Program-made: the position numbers and the translations under genes
In this document: piece after piece, positions 29,706-42,674 of the stretch
How positions within the stretch are numbered: position 1 is the first letter of the stretch
Layout: every line of letters begins with the position of its first letter
Assembly: GCA_963844715.1 (NCBI GenBank)
Contig: CAWJPJ010000006.1
Span: 768,001-832,000, forward strand
Reading direction: 5' to 3'
DNA length: 64,000 nucleotides
Source of the DNA: an uncultured Phycisphaerales bacterium
GTDB lineage: Bacteria; Planctomycetota; Phycisphaerae; Tepidisphaerales; Tepidisphaeraceae
Notes under the pieces: generated by a model
What the model was told of the DNA's origin: nothing
What the model saw: the letters and a program-made list of their open reading frames with translations, nothing else
Databases searched by the model: none

Positions 29706-31859
29706 ATGACCAAGGGGATCTTCGAGACCGGGCAGAGGCATCATCTCGCGGGGAGACTGGCCGAGGCGCAGCAGGCTTACAGGCAGGTCCTGGCGATCGA
29801 GCCTGGGAACGTGGATGCACTGCACATGCTGGGGGTGACGGAGCTTCAGCTCGGGAGATTTTCCTCTGCGGAAGAATTGATCGGGCGGGCAATTCGAGGG
29901 TCTCCCAATCGCGCGGATATTCACGGAAACATGGGACTGGTCTATTCCGGCTCCGGGAAGACGGAGCGCGCGATTTCGGAATTTCGGGCGGCGCTGAAGA
30001 TCCAGCCTAATTATCCGGAGGCGCGGAATAATCTGGGGTTCGAGCTGGCGAAACTGGGGCGAATCGACGAGGCGATTTCGGAGTATCGGGCGGCGCTGGG
30101 TCTTCGGCCGGATTATCTGGCAGCGATGAGAAATCTGGGAATGTGCGCTCCAGGATCGGGGAGATTACGCGGGGGCGGTGGCCCAACTGGAGCGCGTGGC
30201 GGCCGCGCTGCCCGGCGTCGCGGAAGTGCAGAACGATCTTGGGAACGCCCTGAGGAACGCCGGACGCCTGGATGATTCGGCGGCGGCGCTTTCGCAAGCC
30301 CTGCGCATCCGCCCGGATTTTCCCAAAGCGCACAACAACATGGGGCGCGTTCTGCATATTCGAGGGAATTTGCCGGCGGCGATCGCGGCGTATCGCCGGG
30401 CGATCGAGCTAAGCCCGGATTTTGCCGCGGCGTGGAGCAACTTGACGGTCGCGCTGGGGGAAACATTTGATTTCGATGGAGCGGCCGAGGCGGGCCGCAA
30501 GGCCGTCGAGATCGCGCCGGAATTTCCCTTTGGGCATATCAATCTGGCGAACGTGCTGAAAGAGACCGGGGAGATGGAGACGGCCCTGTTTCATTGGGAC
30601 CGGGCCCGCAAGCTCGATCCAAGGCTGGTTCTTGCGCACAGCAACCGGATTTTTGGAATGCATTTTCATCCCGGATTCGATTCGGCGGCAATTTTGGCGG
30701 AAAGCCGGGAATTCAATCGCATTTATGCCGAGCCGCTGCGGGGGAAGATTCAGGCCCATACCAACGTCCCCGATCCGGACCGGCGGCTGCGGATCGGCTA
30801 TGTTTCGCCGGATTTTTACCAGCAGGCGGTTTCGCATTACGTGGTGTCGCTGCTGGAATCGCATCGGCATGATGAGTTTGAGATTTTCTGTTACAGCTCG
30901 GTGGAGAGGCCGGATTGGATCACCGAACGCGAGAAACGAGTGGCGGATGTTTGGCGGGAGGTGCTGTATCAGCCGGATGAGCGCGTGGCGGAGATAATTC
31001 GGGAGGACCGGATCGACATTCTGGTGGACCTGAGCATGCACATGCGGGGGCACCGGCTGCTGATCTTTGCGCGAAAGCCGGCGCCGGTGCAGGCGACGTG
31101 GGTGGCGTATCCAAGCGGAACGGGGTTGAACGCGATCGACTATCGGATTACCGATCCGTACATGGATCCCGAGCCGGATCCGCAACCGGCGGTTTATAGC
31201 GAGAAGTCGATCCGGACGAGCGGGTATTGGGGATGTTACGATCCGCTGGAGGATACGCCGGTAAATCCCGTGCGGCCGGATGGGCCGGTTGTGTTCGGGT
31301 CGCTGAACAATCCGATGAAACTGAATGAGGGAACGCTACGGCTCTGGGCGGAAGTATTGCGGGCGGCGCCGGAGACGCGGCTGCTCATGATGGTGACCTC
31401 GGAGGGACATCGGCGAAAGGTAAAAGAAATCCTGGCCGAGAGCGGCGTGGCCGAATCGCGGGTGGAATTTGTGTGGCGGACGTCGCGGGTGGAATATCTG
31501 CGGAATTACCATCGGATCGATCTGTGCCTGGATACGCTGTCCTATAACGGGAGCACGACGGCGTGCGATTCGCTCTGGATGGGGGTGCCGATCGTGACTT
31601 TGCCGGGGAATACGGCTTGCGGCCGGGTGGGGATGAGCACAATGGTGAATGTGGGATTGCCGGCGCTGGTTGCGCGGACGCCGGCGGATTTTGTTAGGAT
31701 CGCCGTGGATTGGGCGGGAGATGCCGGGCGGCTGGCGCACTGGAGGCGCGGGCTGCGCGAGCAGATGCGGAACAGCCCGATCATGGATCGGCGCGGTTTG
31801 CGGCCGACGTTGAGGGGGCGTATCGGCAAATGTGGCGACTGTGGTGCGAGAGCCGATGA
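29706..31859 (+). CDS. TPR + GT41 glycosyltransferase A (2 frameshifts)
   Basis: multiple TPRs; RLRIGYVSPDF, RKPAPVQ, LNNPMK, NGSTTACDSLWMGVP. Confidence 0.92.
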
Positions 31860-34008
31860 GTGACGCCAGTTTCAAGCTCGGGCAGCAGCACCATTTGGCG
31901 GGACGATTGGCCGAAGCGCAGGGGATTTATCGGGAAATTTTCGCGCGGGAGCCGGGGCATCTGGATGCGCTGCATCTCTTGGGGGTCACGGAACTTCAAT
32001 TGGGGAGAGCGAGCGCAGCCGAGGAGATGATCGGGCGGGCGATCGCGGCGCAGCCGAGCCGCGCGGAGTTTCACGGGAACATGGGGCTGGTTTATGCGAC
32101 GCTGGGGAAGCGCGATCTGGCAATCGCGGAATTTCAGACGGCGCTGCGGCTGCGGCCGAGTTATCCCGAAGCGCATAACAATCTGGGAATCGAGCTGGCG
32201 CATCGCCGGGAGTTTGACAAGGCGATATCGGAATACCAGGCGGCGATCGCCCTGCGCCCGAATTTTGCCGATGCGCTCAGCAATCTGGGATCGGCGCTGA
32301 TCGACATGGGGAGGCATCAGGAAGCGGTTCAGGTGCTGCAACAGGCGGTGGCGCTGAAACCGAATTTCGCCGAGGCGTATAACAATCTCGGGAATGCATT
32401 GCGCCTGACGGGAAGGATCGACGAGGCGATCGCCTCGCTGAAGCGCGTGCTGGAGATGCGCCCCGATATGGCCGGAGCGCACAGCAACCTGGGGTGCATT
32501 CTGCACGCGCAGGGAAAACTCACGGAGGCGATGGTCGAGTTTCGGCGGGCCATCGAGCTTCAGCCGAACTATGCCGCCGCCTGGAGCAATTATTCGGCGG
32601 TGCTGACCGACGCGAACGAACACGATCAGGCATTGGCGGCGGCGGAAAAGGGAGTGGAATTCGGGCCGAATTCGCTGCCGGCGCACAATAATCTGGCGGT
32701 GGTGCTCAAAGAAGCGGGGCAGATGGATCGGGCCATGGAAGAGTTGACCGCCGCGATGAAACTCGCGCCCTGGTCGGCCGAAGCGCACAGCAATCGAATC
32801 TTCTGCATGCACTTTCATCCGGACTACGACGCGGCGGCGCTTTTGGCGGAGTGCAAGGAGTGGAATCGCGTGCATGGTGAGCCGCTGCGGCGGGAGATTC
32901 GGGCCTGGTCGAATTCGCCGGACCCGGAGCGACGGCTGAAAATCGGGTATGTCTCCCCGGATTTTTTTGCCCAGGCGGAGGCGCACTATGTGTTGCCCCT
33001 CTTGGAGTCGCACGATGCCCGGAATTTTGAAGTGCATGGCTACGCATCGGTGATTCGGCCCGACGCGGTGACGGAACGCGTGAGGCGGGCGTGTCATGTC
33101 TGGCACGATATTTTGCACCTGTCGCATCACGAGGCGGCGCGGAAAATCAGGGAAGACAAGATCGATATCCTCGTCGACCTGACCATGCATATGAGGAACA
33201 ACCGGCTGCTGATTTTCGCCGCAAGCCGGCGCCGGTGCAGGCGACCTGGCTGGCTTATCCGAGCGGGACGGGGGTCGAGGCGATTGATTATCGGTTTACC
33301 GATCCCTATCTCGATCCCGAGCCGGACCCGGAGCCGGCGGTTTACAGCGAGAGATCGATTCGGCTGGCGGCGTATTGGGGATGTTACGATCCGCTCATCG
33401 AAATTGAGCCAAGCCCGCCCCGACGCGACGGACCGATTGTTTTTGGTTCGATGAATAATCCGACCAAGCTGAACGAAAAGACGCTGCGGCTTTGGTCGGA
33501 CGTATTGCGTGCCGTTCCGGATTCGCATTTGCTCGTGCATGTATATTCGCAGCCGCATCGGGAGAGTATTACGCGATTGATGGGGGAATGCGGGGTGGAA
33601 TCCTCGCGGCTGGAATTCGTGGGGCGATCGTCGCGGCCGGATTATTTAAGGACCTTCCAGCGGATTGATCTGTGCCTGGATGCGCTGCCCTATAACGGAA
33701 GCACGACGGCTTGTGACGGGCTTTGGATGGGAGTGCCGATGGTTACGCTGGTCGGAAACACCGGCTGCGGTCGGGTCGGCATGAGCACGATGGTCAACGT
33801 CGGATTGCCGGAGCTGGTGGCGCACAGCCCGGAGGAATTTGTGAGAATCGCCACAGATTGGGCGGGCGATTTGAAGCGGCTGGGACATTGGCGGCAGAAC
33901 CTGCGGGAGACCATGCGGAACAGCCCGATCATGAATCGGAAACAATTTGTCGAAAGTATGGAGGCGGCGTATCGCCGGATGTGGCGGAAGTGGTGCGAAG
34001 GCCGATGA
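31856..34008 (+). CDS. TPR + GT41 glycosyltransferase B (frameshift ~33218)
   Basis: same motifs as A and closely similar to it; ATGA coupling. Confidence 0.92.
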
Positions 34009-35847
34009 GCGACGTGCTTTTTCAGCGCGGGGAGAGCTTATTCAAGGCGGGCAAGGTGCCGGAGGCGATCGCGGCGTATCGGGCGGCGATTGCCGCCGAC
34101 CCGAAACTCGCTCAGCGGCATAATAATCTCGCCAACGCCTTGATGGCCGCGGGACAGACGGAGGCGGCGATCGAGTCGTTCCGGAATGCGCTGAAACTGC
34201 TGCCGGGGTCGGCGGCGGTGGAGTTCAATCTGGGGAGCGTGCTGGCGAATGCGGGGAGGGTCGAAGAGGCGCTTGTGCATCTGCGGCGGGCGCTGGAGTT
34301 GAAGCCCGGGGATCCGGACATCGAAAACAACTTTGCCAATGCGCTCCTTGCGGCGGGGTATGCCGCGGAAGCGGCGATGATGCTTCGGCATACAGTGTCG
34401 GTGCGGCCGCGGGACCCGCGATATGTGATGAATCTCGCCAATACGCTGAGGGCCTTGGGCGAACTGGATGAGCCGATCCAGCTATTTCAGCGGGCGTTGG
34501 AATTGAGGCCGGGGTGGGGCGAGGCGTTCAACAATCTGGGAGTTTGCTGGGTGGAGCGCGGGGAAATGGCGCGGGGAATCGCGGCACTTCGAAAAGCGAC
34601 GGAGTTGCCGCCCGATTTCGCGGCGGCGGAGAGTAATCTGGTTTTCTATCTGCAATTTCTGCTGGAATACGACGCTGCGCGGCTGCTGGAGGAGCACCGG
34701 AAGTGGGATCGGCGGCATGCGCAGCCGCTGGCGGGACAAATCGCGCCGTTTGGGAATAACCGGAATCCCCAGAGGAGATTGCGCGTGGGGTATGTTTCGC
34801 CCGATTTTCGCAGGCATTGCCAAGCATTTTTTACCCTTCCGCTTTTTTCGAATCACGATCACGGGAACTTCGAGATTTTTTGCTATTCGAGCGTTATGCC
34901 GGCGGATGAGAATACGGCCCGGATCAAGGGGCTGGCGGATGTGTGGCGGGAGTGCCATGGGAAGAGCGATGCGCAGGTCGCGGAGATGATTCGGGCCGAT
35001 GCCATCGACATTCTGGTGGATTTGACAATGCACATGGCCAACGGGCGGCCGCTGCTGTTTGCGCGGAAGCCGGCACCAATTCAAGTGGCTTGGCTCGCGT
35101 ATCCGGGGACCACGGGGATGGGGACGATGGATTATCGGATTACTGATCCTTATCTCGATCCGCCTGGGGTGGGGAATGAGTTTTATAGCGAGACGTCTTA
35201 TCGGTTGGGCGACACGTTCTGGTGTTATGATCCGCTGGGGGGCGATCCGGGGGTGCAAGCACCCCCGGCCTCGCGGAATGGGTTCATCACATTCGGGTGT
35301 TTGAATGCGGCTCGGAAAATTAACGATCGGACGTTGGGGTTGTGGCGATTGGTGCTGGAGGCGGTACCCGGGTCGCGGATAATTGTGATGTTTCCAGAGG
35401 GGATGGGGCGCGAGGAATTGGTTGGAAAACTCGGCGTTGCGCGGCAGCGGGTGGAGTTTGTGGCGTCTCAGCCTCGGGCCAAGTATATGGAAACTTACGG
35501 GCGGATCGACATCGGACTCGACACGCTTCCATATAATGGGCACACGACGACTCTGGATTCGTTTTGGATGGGCGTGCCGGTGATTACACGAGTTGGAGAT
35601 ACAGTGGCCGGGCGGGCGGGGTGGAGCCAGTTGAGCAATCTAAAGCTGGCCGAACTGGCGGGACATTCGGACGAAGAGTTTGTGCGTCATCGCCGTGGGG
35701 CTGGCGGGTGATCTGGGGCGACTGACGGAATTGCGAAAGACGCTGCGGGAGAGGATGAAGGCGTCGCCGCTCATGGATGGGGCGAAATTCGCGCGGAATA
35801 TGGAAAGCGCGTTTCGGGAAATGTGGCGGAAGTGGTGCACTGCATGA
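34005..35847 (+). CDS. TPR + GT41 glycosyltransferase C (frameshift ~35684)
   Basis: TPRs; GYVSPDFRRH, LNAARK, PYNGHTTTLDSFWMGVP; ATGA coupling. Confidence 0.92.
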
Positions 35848-37808
35848 CTCAAGAGACGTTCAACGCGGCGCAGGAACATCATCGGGCGGGCCGATTTCCC
35901 GAGGCACAGACAAACTACCGGGCGGTTTTGGCGGAAGAGCCGAATCATGCGGCGGCGATGCATTTTCTGGGGCTGGTGGAATTTCAGGTTGGTCATAATG
36001 GGGCGGCGATCGATCTGATGGAACGGGCCATGCGGATCGAATCGGGCCGGGCGGATTTCTTCTGCAATTACGGACTGGTGCTGGCTAACTCGGGGCGCAT
36101 CGACGAAGCGATCCGGAACTTCCGCCGGGCGCTGGAACTGAATCCCGATTATGCGGAGGCACATAACAATCTGGGGATCGCGCTGGCGTCGATGGGTCAG
36201 AAAGAACAGGCGATCGAGGAATATCGGGCCGCCATCAAGCTGAAGGCGAACAATCCGGAGGCTTACAACAACATGGGCTCGGCGCTTCAATCGCTGAACC
36301 GATTCGATGAAGCGATCGCGGCGTTCGAACAGGCGATGCAACTGCGAAGCAATTTCAGCGAAGCCCAGAACAATCTGGGAAATGCTTTGATGGACGCGGG
36401 AAGGCATGAGGACGCCTTCGAGGCATATCGGCGGGCGCTGGCGATGCCGCGGAAGCTGCCGCAGAGTTATTACGGGCTGGGCAATGCGCTGCGGAAACTG
36501 GACCGGCTCGATGAGGCCATCGGAGCGTTCGGGCAGGCGATCGCCATGCGGGCGGATTATGGGGAAGCTTATACCAATCTCGGCGAGGCCCTGCTGACGG
36601 CGGGAAGAATCGAGCAGGCGGTTTCCGCGCTGGCCAAGGCGACGGAGCTGACCCCGGCGAATTATGTCGTTCTATATAACTACGCGTGCGCGCTGATGCA
36701 GGATGGGAAATACGAGCCGGCGAAGGTGATGCTGCACCGGGCCCTGGAACTCAAGCCGGATTATCCGGAAGCGCTGAGCAATCTAGGAAACACGCTTCTT
36801 TCGCAGGGGGACGTGACCGAAGCGCTGGCGACCTATGACAAGCTGCTGGCGGCGAATCCGGATTTTGCGCTGGGGCATTGGAATCGCGGCGCTGGCGCTT
36901 TTTCTGACCGGGGATTGGAAGACGGCGTGGCAGGAATATGAATGGCGGTCGAAGATCCCTTCGTTCAAATTGAAGCGGCCGACGCCACCAGAGAAGCAGT
37001 GGGACGGAAGCGAATTAAACGGGCGGCGAATATTGCTTTACGCGGAGCAAGGGTATGGGGATGCGATCCAGTTCTTTCGGTATGCGCGCTTTGGTTGCGC
37101 TGCGGGGGGAAGGTGGTTGTGCAGGCGCCGGCGCATCTTGTGCGGCTGTTTCAGCAGACGCCGGAGGTGCAGGTGGTGAGCGCGGAGGAGCCGGCGCCGG
37201 AATTTGATTTGCATTATCCGCTGATGAGCTTGCCGCTGCTATTTGGGACGTCGCGGGATTCGATTCCGACGCCGACGCGCTATGTGACGGCTGATCCGGA
37301 GTTGATCGGGTCGTGGGGGCAGAAGATGCCGAACGATCCGAAGGTGCTGAGGATTGGATTGGTTTGGCGCGGCAGGCCGACGCCCAATGCGCAACGGTCG
37401 ATTCCGTCGGATTTGCTCGCCCCGCTGGGAGGGCTGGCCCGGGTCTGGTTTATCAATTTGCAGGTGGGACAGTCGGGGACGACGCCGCCCTTTCCGGTAA
37501 CCGATTGGCGAAGCGACATGAAAGATTTCGCCGACACGGCGGCGATCATGGTGAATCTGGATTTGGTGTTGACGATCGACAGCGCATCAGCGCATCTGGC
37601 GGGCGCGCTGGGCTGCCGGACCTGGACGATGCTGAAATATATTCCGGATTGGCGCTGGCTGCGGGAGGGAACGGATGCGTCGTTTTATCCGACCATGCGG
37701 CTGTTCCGGCAAAAGACCCCCGGCGATTGGACCGGGGTCATCGAAGAAGTCGTGCGCGAGCTTCGACCGCTGATCGAGCAGCGCAATCCCACCGATCCGA
37801 ATTGTTAA
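35844..37808 (+). CDS. TPR + GT9-like glycosyltransferase (2 frameshifts)
   Basis: TPRs; EYEWR, AEQGYGDAIQF, PLMSLP, DFADTAA, LDLVLTIDS..HLAGALG, DWRW, YPTMRLFRQ. Confidence 0.9.
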
Positions 37809-37901
37809 GACGATTTTTATCTTTGCGCAGGCGGGTTGATCCGATATTTTACGGGTCGGTTTGCACAATCTTAACAATTGATCGCTCAGGGCTTGGTCAG
37901 C

Positions 37902-38913
37902 ATGTTGAATCTCGTCCCGTCTTCCATCTGGAAATCATTACCAATACGCGACTTACCGCCCGTGCGTGAGGGGGAGCGGCTGGTGGTGGCCGACACCGTC
38001 AGCGCCAGTGGGCGTTGATGCCAACGGGTGCGGGGAGGTCTTGCGGCAGATTGTTTGGAGGCCGGAAACCTTTATTGCGACCTGCCATCTCGACAGTTTG
38101 GGTGGGGATATTTCAGTGCACTTTCCATCCCCCCTGCCGCAGGGGTATCCGGTTTGGGATGAGGTGGTTTTGGATTGGCACATCGCGCGCGATCGCGGCG
38201 GGCGGTTCACCAACGGGCCCGCGGTGCTGGTGCTGGATATTTTGCTCGGGGGGAATCGGGTTGCGGGATACATCGCCAAGACGCTGGCGAAAAATGGGAT
38301 TCACGGATTCGTGATGCACATGCCGCAGAATGGGCGGCGGAAGCTGCCAAACGAGACGCATGATTGGTCCGCGTTTTTGCCCAGCCTCCGGCAGGCAACC
38401 GCGGACGCGCGCCGAAGCCGCGATGTAATCGCCGCCCTACCGCTGGTCACCGGGCCGGTCAGTTTGCAAGGGACGAGCCTGGGTGGATTCGTGGCGAGCC
38501 TGGCCGGGTCGATCGACGACGCGTTTGGCTCCGTCGTGCTGGCACTCACCGGCGGAAATCTTTTTGAGGTGATGCAAAGTGGGCGAATGGACGCCGCAAT
38601 GGTTCGGCGGCAGCTTCTCAATGTTGGGTATGACGACGAACGGCTGAAAGATTATTTGTGGAAAATCGAGCCGCTGCGGGTCGCCCATCGGCTGAATCCG
38701 CGCCGCACTTGGCTGTTCTGGGCCCGATTCGATCAAGTCGTGCGCCCGGTTCATAGCAAACAACTCGCGGATGCGATCGGATTGGATTGGCAGCACAACC
38801 GGCAAATCGCGGGATGCCATTACACTTGCTTTATCAGCGCCCCCAGACTCCTGGCGGAAATGATGCGGGCGATTCCCCGGAAATATCCTGCCTCGGTTGC
38901 GCGATCGGCTTGA
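37902..38913 (+). CDS. Alpha/beta hydrolase (probable frameshift ~38002)
   Basis: GTSLGG nucleophile elbow, DQVV, CHY. Confidence 0.8.
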
Positions 38914-38928
38914 AGACCTCGCGCACTT

Positions 38929-41485
38929 TCAAGCAATAGACGTTTCGGCAGACGCGACCGGCATGGCTCGCGGGTTTTTGGGCTGCGCGGCGTCCTGCGC
39001 GGCTGCCGCGGCGGCCTTCACGTGCTCGTTCCAGAAGGTCTCAAATGTGTGAGCCGCGGAGAAGCGCGCAATGCGCGTCGGGGCGGTCCGGCTCATGCGG
39101 TGGCGGCGGACCGTATCCGTCAGCAGCAGATCGATTGACTTGCTCCAGAGTTCGGCCGAATCCGTGGGGAGGATGTGGCCGGTAAGCTGATCATCCGTGA
39201 ATTCCTTGGGGCCGCCCTGATCGCTGACCAGGACGGGGAGGCCGGAGGCCTGCGCTTCAACGACAACCTGCCCGAGCGTGTCGGTTTTGGAGGGGAAGAC
39301 GAACAGGTCGCTCGAGGCGTAGAGGGTGGAAAGCTGCTGATCGTTTTGGAAGCCGAGGAAGTGGACGGGGAGCCCGGCCGTGGCCTTTTCCATGGCGGCG
39401 CGATAAGGCCCGTCGCCCGCGATGATCAGGGCGGCGTCCGATCGCTTGTGGCAGATTCTGGCGAAGACGTCGACGAGGAAGGGAAGATTTTTTTCCACGC
39501 TGACTCGGCCGGCGTAGAGAAGTTTGTGGGTTTCCTTTACGCCCAGGGAGGACCAAAGATTCGGGTCGCGTTTTTCGGGGCGGAACTTTTCGGTATCGAC
39601 GCCCGGGGGGGACATGGCGAGTTTTTCGTCGGGGAAGCCGAGTTCGCGCAGGCGGCCGCGGTAATCCCGGCTGCGGGCGAAGACCGTCGTCGTCTGGCCG
39701 TAGAACCATTGCATGTAGGCGGTGGTGGCGCTGGTCAGGCGGTGATCGCCGATCAGATCGTGGACGTAGCGCGGGAAATCGGTGTGATACGTTCCCAGCA
39801 CGGGGACGCGGAGCATTTTTCCGATCAGCCAGCCGCACAAGCCCATCGGTCCTGGGGTGTGGACGTGGATGGCATCGAACTGCTGGGAGTCGGCCCATTG
39901 CATGACTTCGGCCAGCGGCGGGATCGCGAAGGGCTGATCCGCGTAACCCGGGAGCGGGTAGCTCGCCAGGGCGCGAAATTTTTTCTGGACGGGCAATCGA
40001 CCCGGGGATTTTGGGTGGACGTGTGGACGACGAGAGTGCGGCCGCGCTGGGCGGCGTGGCGGCTCATGTCCTGGATGAAGCGGCCCACGCCGTTGATTTC
40101 GTCGAAGGTGTCGGTGAAGACGCCCAGCTTGAGGTCCTGCGTGGAAACTTCGGAGCGGCGGCCGACAAGTCGCGGAAGCAGGACGCGCTCGCGATTCTGG
40201 TGGAAGAGTGCGAAGTAGTACGGCATCAGCAGGAATTGCTGGGCGGCGATCGCCGAAAGGGAATCGAAGATTCCTATCATCTGCCGATTTTTGACGGATT
40301 TTTGAACCGCGGCGGCGATTCCGCCGGCGATATCGCGATTGATTTGCGAGACGAGGCGGAACATGTCCGCGTGCTGGCTGAGGGCGGCCTTGCCGCTGCG
40401 GACGGCATCGACGATTTCGGGAGACTGGGCGAGTCGCTTGCGGCAGGATTCGTCGAACAGCTCCGCCAGGAGGTCGGCGCCTTTGGGGCGGGCTGCCATA
40501 CCAAGCGGCCGCGCGATCGCGCGGCCGAGGGTGCCGAGTTTTTCCTTGACGGCGAATTTAATCCAGTCGCGCCGTTTCACCGGGCGCTGCTCGCCAAGTA
40601 ATTTTTCGATGAGAATTCCGTGGGTGGTGACCTTGGTGGTTTTTGGGGCGCACTTTTTCTGGTGGTAGCGGATGCCAACGCCGTAGAAATTGTGGGCGAG
40701 CTTAAGACTCGAGCCGGCTTCGCCGCCGGGACGGCACAGGCCCTGGCGCAGGCAGGCGAGCACATCGGCGACATCGCGAACCTGGCAGGGGAATTCAGTC
40801 CAGGTGCGGCCGACGTTGAATAGGCCGTGGTCGTCGCTGCCGCCGGTGCGGGCTTTGATGTGGGGAAGGGTCCACGCGGGGCCATGCCGTGCTTGGCGGA
40901 GAGCTGGGCGATTTTTTCGGGGGAGAGTTCGCTGAGGATCTCCTCGACCGCCTGGCGGTGCAGCGCGCTGTGGGCGCCGTTGAGCGTTTCGAAACCCTTG
41001 AACATGAGCGTGAGTCGCTCGATGTGCCAGCGCTCGAGGCGGTCGTTCTGGCGATACACGGGATGAGCCACGGCGTGGGCAAGTTTCCGGCGTTCGACCA
41101 GGGCGGCAAGCTCGTAGATGTTATTCGCGGCGGCCTGGAGGGCGTCGTGATCGTCGCCGGTGATTCCCCAGACCAGCAAGTGAATCTTGCAATGATCTTC
41201 GGGGAAGAAGCAAGTGACTTCCTCGCCGATGAGGATATCCGTCGAGCGAAGACGCGTGACGCCGGCGATGGAATCGTGGTCGGTAATGGTGACGAAATCC
41301 ATGCCGCCGCGTTTGGCCTGGCGATAGACGTCGGGGGGAGCGCTAAAGCTTTCGGGGCAGTCGAGCGCGTTGAGGACGGCTTCGTCGGCTTCGTTGCTGG
41401 CGTCACTGTGGCAGTGGAGATCGATGCGTTTGGGAGAATTCCCGAATGCGGATTCGTCGTCGAGATTGGAGAAGCGCTGGTTCAC
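38929..41485 (-). CDS. PHP metallophosphoesterase - GT4 glycosyltransferase fusion (frameshifts ~40875 and ~39972)
   Basis: DLHCHS, TITDHDS, AHP, GGSDDHG; FTDTFDEINGV, YHTDFP, GRVSVEKN, FPSKTDTLGQVVVEAQASGLPV. Confidence 0.9.
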
Positions 41486-41786
41486 GTTCCGGCTCCTTTT
41501 CCTTTGCCGAGGCGAGTTACATCTTCTCAACGCCTCCGGCGTTCCTTGGAACACGTCAACAACTGTGGAAATCCGTTCCCACAACTGGCGCCGCGTGATC
41601 AATCCATTTTTTTTCTGGTTCTCCTGGCCTCCCGTTTTTCCCTTAGTTTTGCAGAGCGCGTGCTAGCCGCGCTATTTCATTTTCACTGACATCGGTAAAG
41701 GGAATATCTGTACAATGTTAAGTTTCCGAGAAATTGCACCAGCTAATGATGACTTAATAATAAGATGCACAAGTTATAGTGGTGGA

Positions 41787-42651
41787 ATGGGAGCGACCAC
41801 GGCGGACATCTCGATTGTTCACGATGTATTAAGCGCCGGCGAGGCGCGGCTGCATCGCGTTTCGGTGACTCCTTCGCGGGCCTGGGCGCGGATCGCGTTT
41901 TTGCCGGGGTATGGCGATCACGCGATGCGGTATCTGGAGTTCTACAAGTGGATCGCGGAGCGCGGGGTCGCATGTTACGCGATCGATTTTCGGGGCAACG
42001 GGGTGTCGTCGGGGAAGCCGGGATATGTCAATTATTTTGACGAGTATGTGGAGGACCTGGGGGCGCTGTTGAAGGCTTCGTTTGCGATCGGGCCGGGGAA
42101 GCCCGCGGAGTTTGTGGTGGCGCACAGTCATGGGCGCTGGTGGCGGCGGTGGCCGCGTTGAAAGGGAAGCTGCACTGCTCCGGTTGCGTGTTTTTGTCGC
42201 CATTTTTTCGCAAGAGCGATCCGCCGAGCGCCGGTTTGCGGTTGATAGCGCAGATTACGACGCATGTTGCGCCGGCGTGGCAGTTCAAATCGGGGGTGGG
42301 GATGGAGATGCTGACTCGCGATGAAAAAATGGCCGAGGACACGCGGCGCGATCCGCTTTGTCTGGGGATTGCGACGCCGCGGTGGTATGTGAAGGCAATG
42401 AAGGCGCAGCGGCGGGCGCTGCGCGGGCCGGAGAATTTAGGTTGCCGCTCCTGGGGTTGATCGCCGGGGCCGATACGCTGGTGGATCCGGCGGCGGCAGA
42501 GGATTTTGTGTGCCGGGCGGGCTCATCGGATAAGACGATCAAGATTTATCCCGAGCATCGGCATGAATTGCTGCGGGAGATCGGACGGGAGCAAATTTAT
42601 CGGGATATCTTCGATTGGATTCGGGCGCGGTCGCCGGGCTATTCCGGGTGA
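41787..42651 (+). CDS. Lysophospholipase/monoacylglycerol lipase-like alpha/beta hydrolase (2 frameshifts)
   Basis: PGYGDH..RY, DFRGNGVS, AHSHG, DTLVD, RHELLRE. Confidence 0.88.
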
Positions 42652-42674
42652 GGGCGCCGTGATAAGTTAGGGGC

